Source of the DNA: Prorocentrum cordatum
Taxonomy: Eukaryota
Length of the DNA stretch: 64,000 nucleotides
Assembly (NCBI GenBank): GCA_963575745.1
Contig: CAUYUJ010000103.1
Span: 558,001-622,000 of the forward strand
Reading direction: 5' to 3'
Shown piece by piece: positions 48,086-61,474 of the stretch (its first letter is position 1; every line of letters begins with the position of its first letter). The notes under the pieces were generated by a model that saw only the letters and a list, made by a program, of their open reading frames with translations, was not told where the DNA came from and ran no database searches. The position numbers and the translations under genes are program-made.

Positions 48086-49959
48086 CCCGCCCTTCTCCCC
48101 TCCCATCCCCTCCCCTACTCGTCCTCCTCGTCCTCTTCTTCCTCCTCCTCCTCCTCCTCCTCCTCCTCTTTCTCCTCGTCCTCTTTCCACTTCTCAGAAG
48201 GGCACCGCCACGCAGGTCCCTGCGCGGGTGGCGGTGCCTCCTGCCACCTCCGCGCCACCGCGGGGAGCCGAGGGCCTCGGCCCCGTCCGCGGGTGGCGCA
48301 TGACATCAATTCCGCCACCGCGGGGGGGGGGGGGCCGCCTTCGCTGCAACCCGCAGGAAGAGGGCGAACAAGAAAGGTCCGAGAGCCTGGTCGCCAGCGC
48401 GGTCGCGGACCTGCCGCGCTGCATTCGGCCTCGGGATTGTGGTCCTCGGCCGTGACTTCGTATCATCCCTCCGCCCAGTCCAACTCCCAAGACTACCGAA
48501 GAACGGAGACAGGAAACGACACAAGGAGGCGAGCGCCTGAAGACAGGTCTTTACCCGTCTTGAGGGTCCTGATGGAGCGCAGCTCCCAAGCCGTGGAGGG
48601 TCTGCACTCTCTGCCTATCTTGGGAATCTGGTAGGCCCTGTGGGATTCACACTTCGAGCACCAGACCATTCAACGCGTCGAGCTCTCAGCCCACCAAATG
48701 CGGTGTGTTGGGTGAGCCCGACTCCAAAATATCTGGGACCCATCACACGGGCCTGAGAGGACCCAGGCTTGCAACAAGCCGTGCACCCCCACTTGTCCTG
48801 AAGGCGCTTCAACCTTCGGCCCCTGGAGTCAGAAACAAGGCCCAACGAATCGCCCCCCCGCCCGAGGCGGGACTTGTCGACGCCGAGAAAAATGACAGAC
48901 CAATGATGCAGCACCCGTCCTGTGTAGTAAGCTACATGCCCAAGACGTGGGCTCCAGCACGCAATTTTGACGAGGGAGAGCCGCTCCAGCAGATCATCTG
49001 ACAAGACGGGCGGGCTGCCGTCTGGAAAGGCAGCCAGGGCGGCGACCCGCGCCCCAGCCGCGAACCCTCTTACAGACCGAGCTGCAGTACGCTACATGCC
49101 CCCCCCCATCCACCCTCCTCCTTCTCAGCGGGAGGCTGCAGCACCGCTCAACGATGTGCTGTCTACCAAACCTGCAGGGCGGGCCCTTCCCATTTTCCTG
49201 TGCACTTCAGCTCTGGCTTCGGCCTCAGCTGAGGGTGCGCCTTGAAGCGCCTTCGGGCCAGCTCACCCGAGTTGGTTCTCCGCGCACGTGGGTTCCACAC
49301 TTCTCCTCTGCCCTCCCCCCCCCTCCTCTGCCGCCTCCTCCTCCTCCTCCGCCTCCTCCTCGTCCTCTGCCCACTCCTCCTCCTCCTCGTCCTCTGCCCA
49401 CTCCTCCTCCTCCTCCTCCTCCTCCTCCTCCTCCTCCTCCTCCTCCTCCTCCTCCTCCTCTCCTCCTCCTCCTCCTCCTCCTCCTCCTCTCCTCCTCATG
49501 GCGGCCGGGACCTCAGCCTCCGCGTCGGCGCTGGGCACCTCGGGCTACCCCTTCCTGGGCACGCTGGAGGCGCGGTCGACCGCCCCTCCGGGCGCCAGCG
49601 GAGGAAGGGGGTCCTCCTCTTCCTTCTCCTCCTCCTCCTCCTCCTCCTCCTCCTGCTGCTGCTGCTGCTCGCTCATCCTCCCCAGCCTACCTACCCCCCC
49701 CCTCCTTCAATTCCTTACCCTCCACCTCCCCTTCCTCCTCCTCCTCCTCCTCCTCCTCCTCCTCCACCTCCTCCTCCTCCTCGAGCTCCTCCCGCCTCCC
49801 CTCAAACGTCCCTCCTCCTCCTCCTCCTCCTCCTCCTCCTCCTTCTCGTCCTCATCCTCATCCTCGTCCTCCTCCTCCTCCTCCTCTCCTCTTCTTCGTC
49901 CTCCTCGGGACCTCCTCCTTTTCCTCCTCCTCCTCTTCCTCCTCCTCTGCCTTGCCTCT

Positions 49960-52900
49960 CCTCAGCATGCTGTGGATCACGTGCTACACGAACAGGGGCG
50001 AGGTCCACCTCATCCTCGACTCCCTGCCCCACGGGTGTTGCCGGATCAACTGATCATCGGCTGGAACGGCCAACAGTGGAAGCGACCAGCATTACGACAA
50101 GTTATCGACACCCACGTGCTCTACAGCACGCACCTTGCTACAAGCCTTTTGGCCCTATAGGCCAAACACAGAAACTTTGTTTTCGTGATGCTGACTGGAT
50201 CGCCCATTTACCATCAGTTTCACACGTGCAGTATCAAGCTGGAGGAGCACGTCGACGACTGGACGGTCACGAACCGACACATGCACTTGGCCCTGATGTG
50301 CCGCGAGGTCTTGTGTCTTGCGCCCTGCTGCAGCTGTACTTCAACGAGCAAGAGCGTGCCAGGGAGGGCACGTTCACGACGAGGCACAGCAGCAGCTTCA
50401 GCACCAGACTCGTACACCTCTTCCTGTCCTCTGGCGGCTGGCAAGCGTGACACCAAGCAGCACATTCAGGACCAGCGCACCCAGGACCACGACAACAAGC
50501 AGTTCATTCAGGACGACAAGCACAGACCACAGCGGGAGGCGTCTCGTAACTAGTGCCAGCATCGGCTCCATTGCGTAACGGGAGGCATCTGGTGACAATT
50601 CTGCCACTGCCCACCCTACGGCAGAGCGCATGCGTCAGAAGAAGATATATTCAGGAGGGCCACGTGCCCAAGGCACGAAAACAAGTCGTCGAGGACCACC
50701 ACGACGACTCCGCCTCAGACCTCACAAGTTTGGCCCAGTGTCTTTTAGGACCCCCAGCCGGTGGCGATCAGGGTCATGCCGACGAGTGCGACGAGGACGA
50801 AATCCATGGCAACCTCGCCCCAGGTTTGTCCACATGCTGGTTCCAGAGATCGTCGGCCCCGGCATCAGATCGCAATATGACAAGTGCTCAAACGGATGTA
50901 CTCAACTACGGCTTGTTGCCGGCCCTCGTTTGTGGAGGACACAGCCGCTGACCAAGTCGAAGTGTTCCCCAGCTTTTGAGGTGGCGTCAGACAGCTTGTC
51001 GGCCAGCCCGAGCCTCCCCACCGCAAACCTGGCCCCCTCCGGTTGGACTCGCTTCGACGTCGCAACGTCAATGCGAGCACTACGCGTGGATTCGCATGAG
51101 ACACGCATGCGAGAATTGCGCAAGTTGCACCTCTGGTGGTGGCGCGCCACTGAGGAGGAGATGGCACAAGCTCTGCGCGCAGCCAACGTGTCCCAAGACA
51201 TCCTCGACCTCATCCCCACAGTGGTCAATAATTGTAGGGAATGTCTTGCATGACAGCCACCTGCCCATCATACCATCCAGACTCTCCGCCTTTCGACGCG
51301 ACTCGACCAGCATGGCGGATTGAATATCCGCTTCTACAAGAATCACACGATCATGCATTTGATTCGTTGCGCCTCGCGGTGGCACAGTGACGAGGAGATC
51401 GACTCAAGGCGCGACTCGACGCTGCTTGCTGCCATCGAGCGTTCGTGAATTAAGCTGTTCGGCGCGATGGAGACGTTCATCGTTGATGGCGAGGGTGGCG
51501 TGCTCCCAGAGTACTTCGTGGAGGGGGTGAAGAGGCGAGGCGCCCAGGTGCACATGACAGCTCCGCGACAACGCGCTCGTTTCATCGAACGACGTGGGGC
51601 CATATTACGACGTGCACTTCACGCGGCGAAGAGGAAGTTACAGCGCGAATGTATCGCAGCGAATGTCGGCTTTATGCTGGCTCACGCGATACTCGCAAGC
51701 AACAGCCTCACCCACGCTGGCGGCATCGCCATTTGGCGTCGTCTTCGGCAGGTAGCCCTCCATGCAGCCACCACTCGAAGCAGACGAAGAGGGTGAGGTA
51801 TCCGGCGTCTATGACGCCGGTGCCGGCCCCTCTGTTGGCGGCGAAGTGCAGCCCAGCCGATTGCATTGGCGAATCCGAGAGATCGCACTGCAACGCATGA
51901 ACGAGGCCACGCCCTTCTCCCGCGTTTACTGGGCCCTCCGGACACGCGCCGCGGAATCTGGGGAGGGGCGCTTCAATGTTGGCGATCATTCAGAGGCCCC
52001 CAAGCACGAAGGGCGCGACGCTTCGGGCTGGGCAGGCCCTGTCTGCGGACCGGGCTCGAGGCGACGTGGCGGCTAAGTACCGCCGGGCCGACGCGGTCTG
52101 CGTGCTGCAGGGCGCCCGGCCCTTCATTGGTGCCATCTTCGACGACGCGAGCGCCGGCTTGGCGCGAGCTGACCTGGTCTGGGACCGAGTGGAGGACTCC
52201 ATGGAGCACGTCGCGCCAGGCTTAGGCGCCAGGACCCCGACCACTGGGCGGGGCAAGGGCGCGCACGCCGCAGCGCAGATGCGGCGCCGCGTCCATGCAT
52301 CTTCGAAGCCCTGCGCCACGCATCCCGCATCTGTTTGTTTTGTTTTGTTCTGCCAGGCGTCCGCGCCATGCGTCTGATGCGCGGCTGGAAGTATGTGGGC
52401 GATTGGCCTGGCTGCGACAGCAGCATAGTCATATGGCGGGCCCCTCAGAGTCCATGATATATGGATATGCGTTCAGCAGAGTCACTTCGGCGGCGCTAGA
52501 TTCGGCGCCCACGTGCTCATCGGCGAGCGACGGAATGAAGCTCGCATCATCAAGTTCATCTTGGGCGACGAAGCGCACCCGGCAGCAGACGCAGGGCAAG
52601 ATCCCGATGGATCGCTCGAAGACTCCGTCGTCGGCGGTCCAGGGGATTCTGCCGGCATCGGCAACTTGGGACTCCAATCGGCACTGTCGGCTATGCCCGA
52701 GGAGACGGGCAGCAACTTCTGGCCACGCCCAGCAGGTGCTCTGGGAGTTTGGCGCGAAGTCGAAGGGGCATAAAATCTGACCCAGGAGCTGGAATAGCTG
52801 GAAAGCGACGAATATCCACGCTGTTGTCGAGCGCGCTGCGGCCAGACTGGGCCGCCAGCCACGCGAGTGGCCCCAGCGCCCCGAGAGGCAGCGCCAATTA

Positions 52901-54640
52901 CGCGCAGCGCCACTACTACCTGCGCGGCACCTCCCCAGACGACAACGCCACGCTAGGGGTGGAAGACGAAGGAAGCAGGCATGGATTTTTGCACCTCGAC
53001 CCAGAGGCGCGGGGGGCATTCCTAAGCTTCAACGAGGAAGCGTCCAGCAGCTACGTTGCTGGCGATTCCCGGACATCCCTGTTTACCGCGCGTGCCGCCA
53101 TCAAGACCGCGTTCATCAAGCGCGACGCCGACTTCCTGATCGACGAGGAAGTGTCGAGGATCCGACGGCAAGGCCGCGAGGATCATCCTGCGCCGCATGG
53201 CGCCCAGAGACTTTCGCGACATGGGTGCTGGGGCCCTGAGATGTTCGCGGGGGCAGCGACGCGCGCGTCACAGCGCGCGCTGTCCTCGGAGGCGGCGCGT
53301 CGCCGTCGAGAAGACGGAGCTGCAGGGCGCGGCCTTTGCCGATCTGCCAGAGCATGGTGAAGCACCGCGCGAGGTAAACTTCATCCTGCCGCCCGGCAGC
53401 GCAGCCATCTTCAGGCAGGTGCCAGGCCGCGAGTCCTCCGACGAGCGGACCGAGCGCTTGCGCCGCATCGAGCCTGGCACGGGCTGCAAGAACGCCCCCC
53501 GAGCCTTCTCCACGAAGCTCGCCCGGGCCACGCGCTCGCCAGAGCGCGGCGCCAAGGCTGCCAAGTGGGATCCAGAGCATGAGGCCCAGCACGACGCGTC
53601 CGGTGCTTGCGGCGCTGGCGGCTCGAAGCATGTGATCGCGCTGTCCACGCGCGTCAACGATCTGAGGGTCGCTGGACGCACGGAGCACGTTGATTGGCTG
53701 ATCGGCCACATCGAGCGCGTTTTCGGCAAGATGCAGGCTAACTGCGACAACTTCACCAACTGCGGGGTGAACCAGACGCTCGACCATGACGAGTACATCG
53801 ACGCTTCGAAACCGATCGGGCACGTCGACCTGGCCAAGGCGAAGGCCGACGCGCCGGCAGGAGGTCAATTTCGAGACCTGTGTGTCTCCCTCTTGGCAGC
53901 AGCAGCCTTCGCCCTGCTTGCCCAGCGCCGCGTCGCCGCGCGCATTGTCGCAGCGCAGAGGGCCAAGAACAGGCTGCTCATCCGCCGCGCGATGCAGCTT
54001 CACTCCATTGTCTTGGCCACACTAAATATCCAATTGAATATCGCGTTGCCCCCAATGGAATGCGCTGGCCAACTCTGCGCGCGCAGCGACGGGTCATAAA
54101 AAGAGGGAGGAGGAGACAGGATGCGGCATGAGAGGAGCCGCATGCATGCGATTGGCCAAGGGCCGCCGTGCCGCGCGGAGGCGTGCCACTTGCTCGATGG
54201 CGTGGGCCGATCGCACCAGCTCGCGCGCAGATCACCATTAGGCTTGGAGGCGCTCGCAGCCTGCGGGGCAGCAGATGGCTTGCAGGCGCGCCTCCTCGCG
54301 CTCCGCCAGGCGATCCGCGGGCCGGCCTCCTCTGAGGAGATCGGGGGGCTTAGGGGGGAGGGAGGTTGCGCGGCGCCTGCTGCGCTGGCCGCGGACAGCG
54401 CGCGCGTCTTCTCGGCCCTGGCCGCAGATCCCGTTCAACCCCCAATCGGAGAACAGTGCGGCCGGGAATTTGCGGCGGTTACCAGATCAATTCCGCACGA
54501 AGCAGACCGAGGACACGCTTTGGCGCGAAGCCCGCAACACGAGGGCCGCCCCCTTGACCGAGGAGAGTGCGGGACGAGAGTTGGCCCTGGGCTCTGGACA
54601 TCAGGAACGGCCGGCTCAGCTACGACCGCGACGCCGCCAT
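49960..54640 (+). mobile_element. Decayed Ty1/copia LTR-retrotransposon polyprotein (gag/PR-INT-RT-RNaseH order)
   Basis: Integrase Zn finger LRKLHLWWWRA...CREC (~51110-51250). Core DIRFYK..HLIRCASRWH..FGAMETFIVDGE..ARFIERRGAILR. RT REVNFILPPGSA..PGTGCKNAPRAFS..RVNDL (HVDD equivalent). RNaseH-like DSARVFSALAA and WREARNTRAAPLT. INT before RT indicates copia. Many stops and frameshifts; LTRs not identified. Confidence 0.85.
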
Positions 54641-55761
54641 GCTGAGCGAGACGCGGCGCATGAAGCTGATGCCCAGACCCTTGCATAGACGACTCACCAA
54701 GGACAAGGGTGACCACAACGATGAAGTCGTCGGTTCGTCCAGCATCATCGGCAACGACGGCTTGAGCTCGCAATGACTGTGCCATCGCAGCCCACGGCCC
54801 CAGCGGTGATCAGGCGAATTTCATTTGTCGACTGGTTCCCCCCGGGTAGGGCGCAGCCAGAACTCGTGGCCCCAGCAATGGCCACGCGCATTTTATATAG
54901 TGACGGATTTCCTTCGGAGGGCGCATCCCAAGGGACAAGGCATGGCGCAGACGCTGGCGCGAACTATGTTCTCGAATGCGACAGAGCAAAGCGCGAAAGT
55001 GGGCGGGTTGCTTCCGCGAGTGGTGTTTGCGGAGCAGCAGGCGACAGGAAAGTCGAGCACAGGCGCCGGCGATTCTTGCTCCATCTCATCGCTTGCTGCA
55101 AGCAATTTTATTTCATGCTTCGTTGGTTGGCGCATGGTTTGCGCGCGCTGACCGACGAGGCACTTCAGTGTCGTTCGAGCGGCAGACTCGAACGGTAGCG
55201 TTTGTAGTCCCCTGTCGATCTAGCCTGACTGTCCAGCTTATGCTTTGCGGGGTGCGGGAAGAAAGTCTTTCGGCACCGCTTGGCTCAAGTGCACTTTCTC
55301 GCGCCCGCCTTAGTCTCGCAGTTGCGCGCGCAGCCTTGTGCGCGCCTTATTGGAACATCCTCTTATCCACATCCCATGTTCCGGTCCGCCTCTCCTCCTC
55401 CTCCTCGTCGTACCCCCCCTCTTCCATCTGCGGGGGAGGGCCGCAGTCCGCGCCGCGCTTTGGTCGCGCGCTGGCGCAAATCGCCAGCCTCTGCTACTGG
55501 CACCCCACGGGCTGCCGTTTAGCGCCTGGCAACGACGTTCGGCAACCAACCAGCAGCCGCACTCGGCGAGCGAGAGTTGCGCCAGCCCGGGCCTAGAGTC
55601 TCGGCATGCCGGGGAGCTCAGCGGGGACCTGCCGGGCCCAGTCGCCGAGCGCCGCGAGCCCTTGGGCGACCTACTCGCCAGCCCGCCAACGCGCGGCCCC
55701 GGGCCCGCCCGCCTACCAGTTGGCCGCCGCCCTTAAGCGCCGCCCGCCGCGGCAGCAGCAT

Positions 55762-55796
<35 letters not shown>

Positions 55797-57830
55797 GCAG
55801 CAGCGCTCAACAGTCCGACCCCTGTACTGGCTGGTTCTTTTGCTGCAGTCATAGATACCTATATCTTTCTGCACTGCTTCATGCCCTCGCTCGTGCATGG
55901 GGTGCGCCTTGGAATTTTCAGCGCGCGCGCATCCGCGTGCATCAGGCCTACAGCTCACACTTCGGATCGATCTTCTTCGATGCGAGATCTGGCGGTTCAT
56001 CGGGAGGGCGCAACTGCCCGGGCGCGGCCTAGCGCATGGGCCGCGCCTGCACGCCCCCAGACGCGACCCGCGAGAGTTTCGGGCAGGCGTGGGAGAGTGG
56101 CAGGGGGAAGAGAAGTCGGTCTGGACTCGCTCGCCCTTCGCCTCGCCCCCTCTGCCTTTGCCCACTCGCACTGTTCGCGACTCTTCACCAAGCAGATCAC
56201 CTACCAATGCCTTCTTAAAGAAATAGGTGCGTAACATAACAACGCGTCGTTCGTGCACCTGGGCCGTCAACGGTTTGTGTGACCACGCATTGCTTAGATC
56301 GCGCAAGAAGGCCCATTGCTTCCTCGCCGCATGGCTCATCCGAGGCAGAGAAGACTTCGGCGCATGGGCACTGCATTACTGCCTGGGTACCTACCAAGGC
56401 TTGTTGTACGCAGCGGACCAGAATGCCTCTAGACCGCATCTCCGCGTTATGCGTAGATCATGCTGCCCGCAGTTGCACGCCGCCCTCCTTGCCAGGATGT
56501 TTCGCACACCACATCGGAAGCAGCATGCGGTCTGCCTTCGTGCTTCGTCGTGGCACCCATCGGCCTCCCAAGATTGCAGCATGCTGTACACTGCGTGGTC
56601 GACAGAGAATGCATCCGGAAAGGACGACCGCCCCGCGCATCGAATCGTTGTGTCTGGGACGGAGGGGCCAGCATCCTTCGAGAACACTTTAGCGCCACAT
56701 GCCGTGACCTTCGGGGCCACGGGCGCCGTGCAGGGTACAAAAGTTGGCGAGGACGAGCGCGGCGGTCGCTCGCGGCTGCGCCTGTGGCCAGAGGACACGC
56801 GAGTAATATCCCCAAGAACGAGAGCACGTGCAGCGACGTCCTTCGACCCCCCGCCCGCGCCGTCTCGGGGAATCGCCTTTTCCGTGCCGCATCTTTGCCA
56901 GAGACGCCGCCCAGCACCCCCCGAAGACCTTTGCCTAAACGCCGACCGAAGCCTGGCATTGCCGGCGAGTGCCAACTCAACGCGTTGGCAGGCATTAAAA
57001 GCAATGCAGTCTTTGGGAGGCGATTCATGGCGAAGCGGGTGTCCTACCATGAAATAACTGTTGGCGCGGTGACAGGCAAAGTTGTCGCTGTCCAAATCTC
57101 GGGTTGAAATTTGCTTGCGCCCGCGTGGTTTCGAGCCTCGGTTGGCCATCTTCTTGGCCACGTCGAAGAATCGGCTCAATGATCGTGCCATGTGGCGCCG
57201 AGCGCAGGTCGTCGAGTGCACCCTCAGCATATGGCCGCGGGCCAAACACATGCCTCATACTCAGTGCGCGCTTGCCGGGCAGATGTTGGAACGTCTCTTA
57301 TCGCCTGGCAGTTCGTTCCCCTCGAGAACATCATATGTGCGCGTCCCTTGTGACTGCCAGTTGGCCATCCGGCGCGCGCGGCGCGTCTTTCGAGACGACC
57401 TTGCACAAGTCAGCAAGGGTTGCCCCCCGCATGTTCTGGCTTCTTTGTTCAAAGACCCGCGCGCGTTCCTGTGAGCAGCCCCTTGCTTCCCCCTGCCCGC
57501 ATGCAACCGCTCTGTAAGCAGTCCGTCGCATGGGCTTTATCTTCCCCGTGGCGCACACTGGCGCGACGCATATTGGAGCGCACCCATGCCCCCTGATGCA
57601 TTGAAGCTGCGGGAGCATACGGCCGCGAGCTTTCAGAAACATACTGGTGTTGCCAGTTTGTGGATAACCCCGCGCGCTCGAGTTTGGTTCCTGTGCCTAC
57701 GCATCGCCACGCGCAAGAACGATTCCAAACGGGGTCGCACATCCCCGAGGGGGGCAGCACTGGATGATGCGAGTAGCCCCAGAGTTGTATCTTCCGAGTC
57801 TAGAGCAGGCGCCCCCCCCCCCTTGGAACA
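55797..57830 (+). mobile_element. Probable second, heavily decayed LINE
   Basis: Frameshifted K(Y)LGVEI-like motif at ~57090-57110 and a C-terminal PPHVLASLFK segment resembling LINE RT tails. The 5' part is duplicated at 59425-59973. Confidence 0.45.
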
Positions 57831-59424
57831 TTGTCTTCAGATCTCGTTCTTGGCGCCAGCTTCGGCGCAGGTGCCGCTTCATGTACTTCGCCGAGGATTT
57901 TTGCCATCCGCTTGCCAGAAGCAGCTAGTCAATCGTCTGAAATCGCAGCAGGGCAGCGCCAGTGGGGGAGACAAATGCATGATTGCGGCCCTCCAGGCGT
58001 TGAACCAGGCAGCGCAGGTTCGGGATCGAGGGAAAACCTGGATCAGAATGCGCAGCTGCTCCGAGGTCTTCTGGCTCAGATGCAGACCGACCTGGCCCCC
58101 CAAAGCCGAAGAAGCGCAAGGGCGCTCCGAGCGCCCCCTCCTGGGCCCGCAGACCCGGCCCCAGGCTTGGCCGACGTCGGTCCCGAGGCGAAGGAAGCTC
58201 AACAGAAGCTCGGCCGAGACACGGGTGCGACGGACTGGCCGAACGACGATGGCGAGCCCGTCGTGAAGATGTCCGAGATCGAGGGTTCGACGCAGCCCCA
58301 GATCAGCGAGCGCCTCAAAGCAGACGATCTTGATGTGGCCAGCCTGGGGAACAGCAGCATGAGGCTCGAGCTGGGTCTTTTTTCTGAGCCGACCGATAAC
58401 AGATCATAAACAATCGGTCGGTAGCACAATGTCATTCCATGCCTGCCCATGCGTATCGTCACAGGTCGAGGGAGGTCAGGTCGCAGAGAAGAGGATTGAT
58501 ATTATGCAATGTAGGTTGTGTGGGGCAGCGGCACTCAGCGGCGCGCGCGCTGGCGGCTCCGACGGCATCGGCGGCCCCGCTCGCGCGCCAGACCGCTCGC
58601 GCGCCACGACGGGCCGCCCGTGGCCACGAGCCGCCGCCGGATTGGCTGCGGCCGTGGCCGCTGCGGGCCGCGAGGGGCCACCGGAGGGCCGCGAGATGGT
58701 CGCCAGTGGCCGCTCGCGTCCGCCAGGTGACGGCGAAATGGCCGCAAGCGGGGGTTACAGGCCTCGGGAAAAGGTAGCGAGCACTCGTGCCGCAGTCCTC
58801 TGTGCACGCCTCCCCGCCCCCCCCCGATGTTCAAGGTTGGCGGTGGGTCTGAGGAGTTGCACCTCGACCGCAGCCTCCCCCGCGCGTGCCAACTTTGAGT
58901 TTGGGGGGCAGGGGGAATGTTCACTGACTGTTTCCCTCTACCGTAGCGGCCGCTGAGTGGCCACTGAATGCCCATCAGCGGCCGCCCGTCGCACGCGCCG
59001 GTGGCCGCCAGGGGCCGCTGCAGGCCGACGGGGGCCTGGAGCGCCAAAGAGTGCAGCTCTGGGAGGAGGAGGAGGAGGAGGAGGAGGAGGAGGAGGAGCC
59101 CAGAGAGGCGACGCAACAATCTGTCAGAGAAGGCAGGCCGCAGCAAAAACGATAAAGCCAAGCAGCTCGCCACCCGCCTCCAGAAGCAGTGAGCTGGGCG
59201 CGGATGAGCCCTCTCATGAGGTGGCTTCGCCGCCGCTGGCGTTGCCGCGTGCGTCTTCTTTGGTTGCGGTGGTTCCGGTGGCCTATATGTCTGACCTTGC
59301 GGCGCTCAGCTTGGAACGGACAGGCCTCGCGGGCCCAGCGGCGTGCTCGTGGCTGGCAGGCAGTCTCGCACATCTGATTGCCACTGTAGCTGCTGCCTTC
59401 CGTTTCCGGGAGGGCGCAGCCGCG

Positions 59425-59973
59425 GCAGCAGCGTTCAACAGTCCGACTTTTGTACTGGCTGACTCTTCTGCTGTATATATATATATCTGTAGATATGTTT
59501 AGTCATATGTGTATTCTGCTGCAGTCATACGTATATATATACATGTATATTTATATATGTGTAGATATAGTCAGTCTCCTCAACGGCCCCATGCCCCCAC
59601 TCACGCATGGAGTGCGCCTTTGCAGCTTCAGCGCAGTTTTACACGGCGCGCTGCTCGCGTGCAGATTAACTGACATGCTAGGCCAACGCCTTCGTACTCC
59701 TTCATCTGCAGCATTGCATTTAGGCCTCTGGCTCACACTTCATCTGATCGATCTCCTTTAATGTGAGATTCTGCGGTTCCGGGGGGCGCAAGAGCCCGGG
59801 CGTGGCCGAGCGTATATAGACAACGCCTCCACGCCCCGAGGCGCGACCCGCCAGAGCTTCGAGCAGGCGCGGGAACGGGGGGGGGAAGAGAGGTGGGTCT
59901 GGACTCGCTCGCCATTCACCTCGCCCCCTCTGCCTCTGCCCGCTCGTGCTTGTCGCGACTCCTCACCAAGCAG
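59425..59973 (+). repeat. Diverged copy of 55797-56195
   Basis: Collinear blocks gcagcagcg.tcaacagtccgac, tgtactggctg, ctgcagtcata, catgg.gtgcgcctt, ggtctggactcgctcgcc..cctcgccccctctgcct, caccaagcag. Confidence 0.85.
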
Positions 59974-60070
59974 CGCCGCGCCGGCACCGGCGCCCTCGCC
60001 AGTCCCGCGCCCGCGGCCCGCCGGGGCCAGCGCGACCAAGCCCAGCGGCCCGACGCGGTCCCCGCCCGCG

Positions 60071-60700
60071 TCAGCAGGTCTGGAGCCCTCGTCTCCCTGC
60101 CTGGGGTGCCCGCCAGGCCCTGCGGCGCGCGGCCGCCAGCGCGGCGTCCACGGCGCGGTGCTGGAGCACGCTGCGCAGCGCCTGCCGCAGCCGGCGGGCT
60201 GTCGCCGGCCGCTCGGCGTCGAAGCGCGAGGCCAGCAGGCGCTCCAGTGACGAGGCGTCCTCGCCGAAGCGGCCGCGGTCCTCGACCGCGAGAGGCGCCA
60301 TCCGCGGTCCAGGGTGGCGCGCCCGCTCGTCGTTCCCCGCCGCCGTGACCCCAGCGCGCCGGGCTGACCCCACGCTCGGGCGTGTCCTGGGACGGTGCGT
60401 TGACGACGTTGAAGTCCACCCTAAGGAGCTCCGCCAGCCAGGGGGCGCGGATGATCAGGTCCACGCGCGCTTCAGGCTGGCTGGTTGCCGCGTGCGGCAG
60501 CACCATCTCCATGTGGACCGCGCAGCCCATCTCTTCGCTCCTCGCAGCCAGCATGGCGTAGCCGGCGTCGGCGGCGGCGGACCGGCCACCCGCCCACTGA
60601 GAAGGACTGCGCATGCTGCCCCTTCAGGTCCAACACAGGGGGTCCCCAGTGCTCTGGAGGACCGCTGCTGCCAGCGGGTCGTGGTTCGCTTAGTTAGTTA
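60071..60700 (-). mobile_element. 3' end of an RLE-type (CRE/NeSL/R2-like) non-LTR retrotransposon: CCHC knuckle + restriction-like endonuclease
   Basis: Minus strand, across frameshifts: LDLKGQHAQSFSVGGWPVRR..DAGYAMLA..EMG..V.ME...EARVDLIIRAP..RVDFNVV..GSARRAGVTAA...PLAVEDRGRFGEDA. This matches the decayed CCHC, RHD, PD-(D/E)xK and VE.xGR layout. Confidence 0.75.
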
Positions 60701-61290
60701 ACAACAATGCGTGCAGCCGCAGCAATGCTGGCCGAAGCCAGTGTGCTGCGAGGCTGCGAGCCCCTAGGCGGTCCCGTCCTCAGGGTCATCTGGAGGATCT
60801 TCGTTGCCTCCGGGGGGCAACTCCGCGCCCGCGGGCTTACGTAGGCAAGCGGCCCGCGCCCAGGTCACTGTGCACGTGGCGGAGTGCGGAGGAGGAGGAG
60901 GAGGAGGAGGAGGAGGAATATGAGAAAGAGCTGGAGGAGGACGAGGACGAGGAGGAGGAGGAAGAGGAGGAGAGGAAGGGGAAAAGGATGAGGAGGAGGA
61001 GGAGGAGCAGGAGGAGGAGGAGCAGGAGGAGGAGGAGGAGGAGGAGGAGGAGCAGGAGGAGGAGGAGGGACAAGGGACGAACGTAGCGGGACCTGTTCCT
61101 CCCCGACTCCTCCTTCTCCCCTTCCATCCTCCACCCTCCCCTCCCTTCCTCCTCCTCCCCGACTTCTCCCGGAGGGAGGTCGCCTCCCCCCCCCGGCCGC
61201 GCAGGCGGCGGCCGAGAGCGCGCCGGAGTTCGGCAGCAGCTTCCCCGCGCTGGCGCTGCTCCTGCAAGGACCGACGGAGGGGGACCGAGG

Positions 61291-61474
61291 GATGGCGACG
61301 AAATCGATACATATCTATACATATCCACTGCTCAGTGGCGAGGCCCATTCTGAACCAGGAGCTGTGCATACGCCAACCTGGCCAAACCAGGAGGCGTGGC
61401 GTATACACACCGCTGCTGGGTTCAGGATGGGCCTGGCCAGGGAGCAGTGGATACGTATAGATCTCGTCGCCCTC
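61291..61474. repeat. ~184-bp long hairpin/foldback element
   Basis: Arms 61291-61375 and 61397-61474 are imperfect reverse complements (tatccactgctc / gagcagtggata, aggcccat / atgggcct, atacgcca / tggcgtat). Confidence 0.85.

Noticed and set aside
57831..58409. 192-aa ORF, possibly a LINE ORF1 remnant
   Set aside because: Somewhat protein-like, but no recognisable motif, no ATG/SL context and it lies among TE debris.
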